27,298 nt of DNA from positions 1 through 27,298 of IMG/VR virus record IMGVR_UViG_3300032254_000027; one strand, written 5' to 3'. This stretch comes from a virus. Lineage: Duplodnaviria > Caudoviricetes. A program made the translations under genes and the position numbers. The notes beneath the pieces are model-generated. The model saw only the letters and a program-made list of their open reading frames with translations, did not search any database and was not told the DNA's origin. Below are positions 25,971 through 27,298 of the stretch, piece after piece. The number at the start of each line of letters is the position of its first letter. The first letter of the stretch is position 1.

Positions 25971-26516
25971 TTATAGATTGATAGGCTCATATTGACAATC
26001 AGGGTTTGTTTTATATGCCATTTGCTCTAATAATACAGCAAGCATGTGGAAGTGAGTTGAGTGAGTTGCACCATTTAAAGCATTTATCATATCAAAATAC
26101 GAATGGCCTGATAGTTGAATGCGGTTTTTAAGTATTTTCTTGCTTCCATCTTTAAGAATTATTTCAGCTCCATCTAAACTATCAATTGCTATCTGTAGAG
26201 CGACCATCGCATTTGTGTGATTCGATATTCTAAAAATTTCATCGCAAACATTGTCTGCTGAAAATTTGGGTTGAATCATTGGTCTCTCACCAATAAAAAA
26301 TGCCATAAAGTACGCCATTTTTTTAAATACGCTTGCGCAATCGAGTCCGTCGACATGGGGAAAATCATTTCTCATTTGAATTAACACGCTATAGCAAACG
26401 TCAGGATCTACTTCAACGTTTTTTTCACCGAGCCCTAGCGTGAACTGATCAATATATTCGAGTAAATTAACAAGATCGTCGTATGCATCGTTATTGTACA
26501 AAATATTATAAGACAC
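25971..26516 (-). CDS. Cargo protein, possibly a degenerate Fic/Doc (Fido) fold
   Basis: GTG start with GGGG RBS; SVFKKMAYFMAFFIGERP...NAMVALQIA echoes the Doc helices flanking the catalytic loop, but HPFxDGNxR is absent. Confidence 0.6.
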   Translation of the reverse strand: MSYNILYNNDAYDDLVNLLEYIDQFTLGLGEKNVEVDPDVCYSVLIQMRNDFPHVDGLDCASVFKKMAYFMAFFIGERPMIQPKFSADNVCDEIFRISNHTNAMVALQIAIDSLDGAEIILKDGSKKILKNRIQLSGHSYFDMINALNGATHSTHFHMLAVLLEQMAYKTNPDCQYEPINL

Positions 26517-26541
26517 TATATTCCCCTACACCCCAGATACT

Positions 26542-26574
26542 AAAACGCCCATTCTACTACAAGTAGATGGGCGT
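26542..26574 (-). terminator. Hairpin/terminator between the two cargo genes
   Basis: Minus strand ACGCCCAT-CTAC-TTGTA-GTAG-A-ATGGGCGT-TTT. Confidence 0.6.
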
Positions 26575-26599
26575 ATAAAAAACTTAATTAAAATTATTA

Positions 26600-26818
26600 T
26601 TATGCAAAAATTTTCTTTAAACGAGCACCAGACTTATTAGCAATACTACCAACTTCAGCCCTGTTTTCTACGCTACGAGTATGACCAACAGCATTAGCAT
26701 TAACAAAAGGTTCAGTTACCTTTCTTACAGCTGTCACAGCATCAAATTTACCGATTACACCAGTAGGTCGAACAAGATTTTCAAAAACAATTACGTCTTC
26801 TCTTTGTTCTGTGCTCAT
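26600..26818 (-). CDS. 72-aa cargo protein upstream of the Fido-like gene
   Basis: GGAG RBS 8 nt before ATG 26818; MSTEQREDVIVF...SGARLKKIFA. Confidence 0.65.
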   Translation of the reverse strand: MSTEQREDVIVFENLVRPTGVIGKFDAVTAVRKVTEPFVNANAVGHTRSVENRAEVGSIANKSGARLKKIFA

Positions 26819-27107
26819 TACATTATCTCCATTTTTCAAGAAAGTACATTAATAGTACGCTTGAAGTATTTCATTTTTATGATTACTTAACACGCTTTAT
26901 TGACATTACATGTTACATAATAGTTCCAATATTATGTAAATCAACTGCGTGCGGATTATCCCCTAAACTGTGCTACTTTGTAAAGCACTGCCTAACTTTA
27001 TGGGAGGCTGTTCCACTATATCGACTTAGGTCAACATAGCTGAATACCCATAAATAGGTATATTTAAGTATTAGCTAATTTACTTTATCATCAGAAAATA
27101 TAAAAAA

Positions 27108-27139
27108 CGTTAGGAAAAATGTTAGGAAACGTTAGGAAA
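27108..27139 (+). repeat. Three tandem GTTAGGAAA repeats, putative integrase arm-type sites
   Basis: Copies at 27109, 27121 and 27131, 55-85 bp from the tRNA 3' end. Confidence 0.65.
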
Positions 27140-27167
27140 TATAAGTTAATTCTAATGAAGATATTTT

Positions 27168-27180
27168 TAAGCTATTGATT
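27168..27180 (-). promoter_or_regulatory. IHF-binding consensus next to att
   Basis: AATCAATAGCTTA matches WATCAANNNNTTR. Confidence 0.6.
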
Positions 27181-27193
27181 AATATATAAAAAA

Positions 27194-27270
27194 TGGGGTG
27201 GCTGACGGGGCTTGAACCCGCGACGACCGGAATCACAATCCGGGACTCTACCAGCTGAGCTACAGCCACC
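27194..27270 (-). tRNA. tRNA-His (GTG) with G-1 and encoded CCA; likely attachment site
   Basis: GGTGGCTGTAGCTCAGCTGGTAGAGTCCCGGATTGTGATTCCGGTCGTCGCGGGTTCAAGCCCCGTCAGCCACCCCA folds as a cloverleaf. Confidence 0.97.
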
Positions 27271-27286
27271 ATTGATCATTTTAAAA

Positions 27287-27298
27287 TGGCGCGCCTGG
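27287..27298 (-). tRNA. 3' end of an upstream tRNA, probably tRNA-Arg (truncated by the window)
   Basis: CCAGGCGCGCCA 16 nt upstream of tRNA-His; Arg-His tRNA clusters are common in gammaproteobacteria. Confidence 0.6.

Larger units (their letters stand above)
1..27196. mobile_element. Lambdoid temperate prophage (right part; continues beyond the left edge), integrated at the 3' end of tRNA-His
   Basis: Contiguous head, packaging, Q, replication, cII/cro/cI, xis and int genes in lambda-like order, with tRNA-His ~1.2 kb beyond the integrase. The matching att repeat is not in the window. Confidence 0.93.

Noticed and set aside
26681-26890. 69-aa plus-strand ORF
   Set aside because: Antisense to the RBS-supported 72-aa cargo gene, with AT-rich low-information composition.

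Overview
The window is the right-hand ~27 kb of a lambdoid temperate prophage in an AT-rich, probably gammaproteobacterial host, integrated next to a tRNA-His gene (27194-27270, minus strand). From the right end: tRNA-His with candidate att, IHF and Int arm sites; a two-gene cargo pair (one resembles a degenerate Fic/Doc protein); tyrosine integrase and excisionase; and a plus-strand early-left operon (KilA-C antirepressor, YfdP/YfdQ-like pair, and a coupled block of SAM methyltransferase, dATP/dGTP diphosphohydrolase, ThyX, MazG and DNA methyltransferase). Next come a PH-domain membrane moron and a cI/cro switch with five visible 14-bp operators and apparently leaderless promoters. The minus strand then carries cII, a second DNA methyltransferase, a Toprim-VapE primase/helicase followed by an iteron/palindrome-rich putative origin, and a Q-like antiterminator with pR'/tR'. 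The late operon does not begin with lysis genes but with four beta-rich virion-appendage-like genes, followed by a gpZ-like gene, a lambda-like cos candidate, terminase, gpW, portal, a ClpP-major capsid fusion and DUF2190. The most novel-looking parts are the appendage block (7660-11611), the nucleotide-pool/methylation block (21156-24504) and the att-proximal cargo pair (25971-26818). Family calls come from motif recognition by eye, not from database searches.
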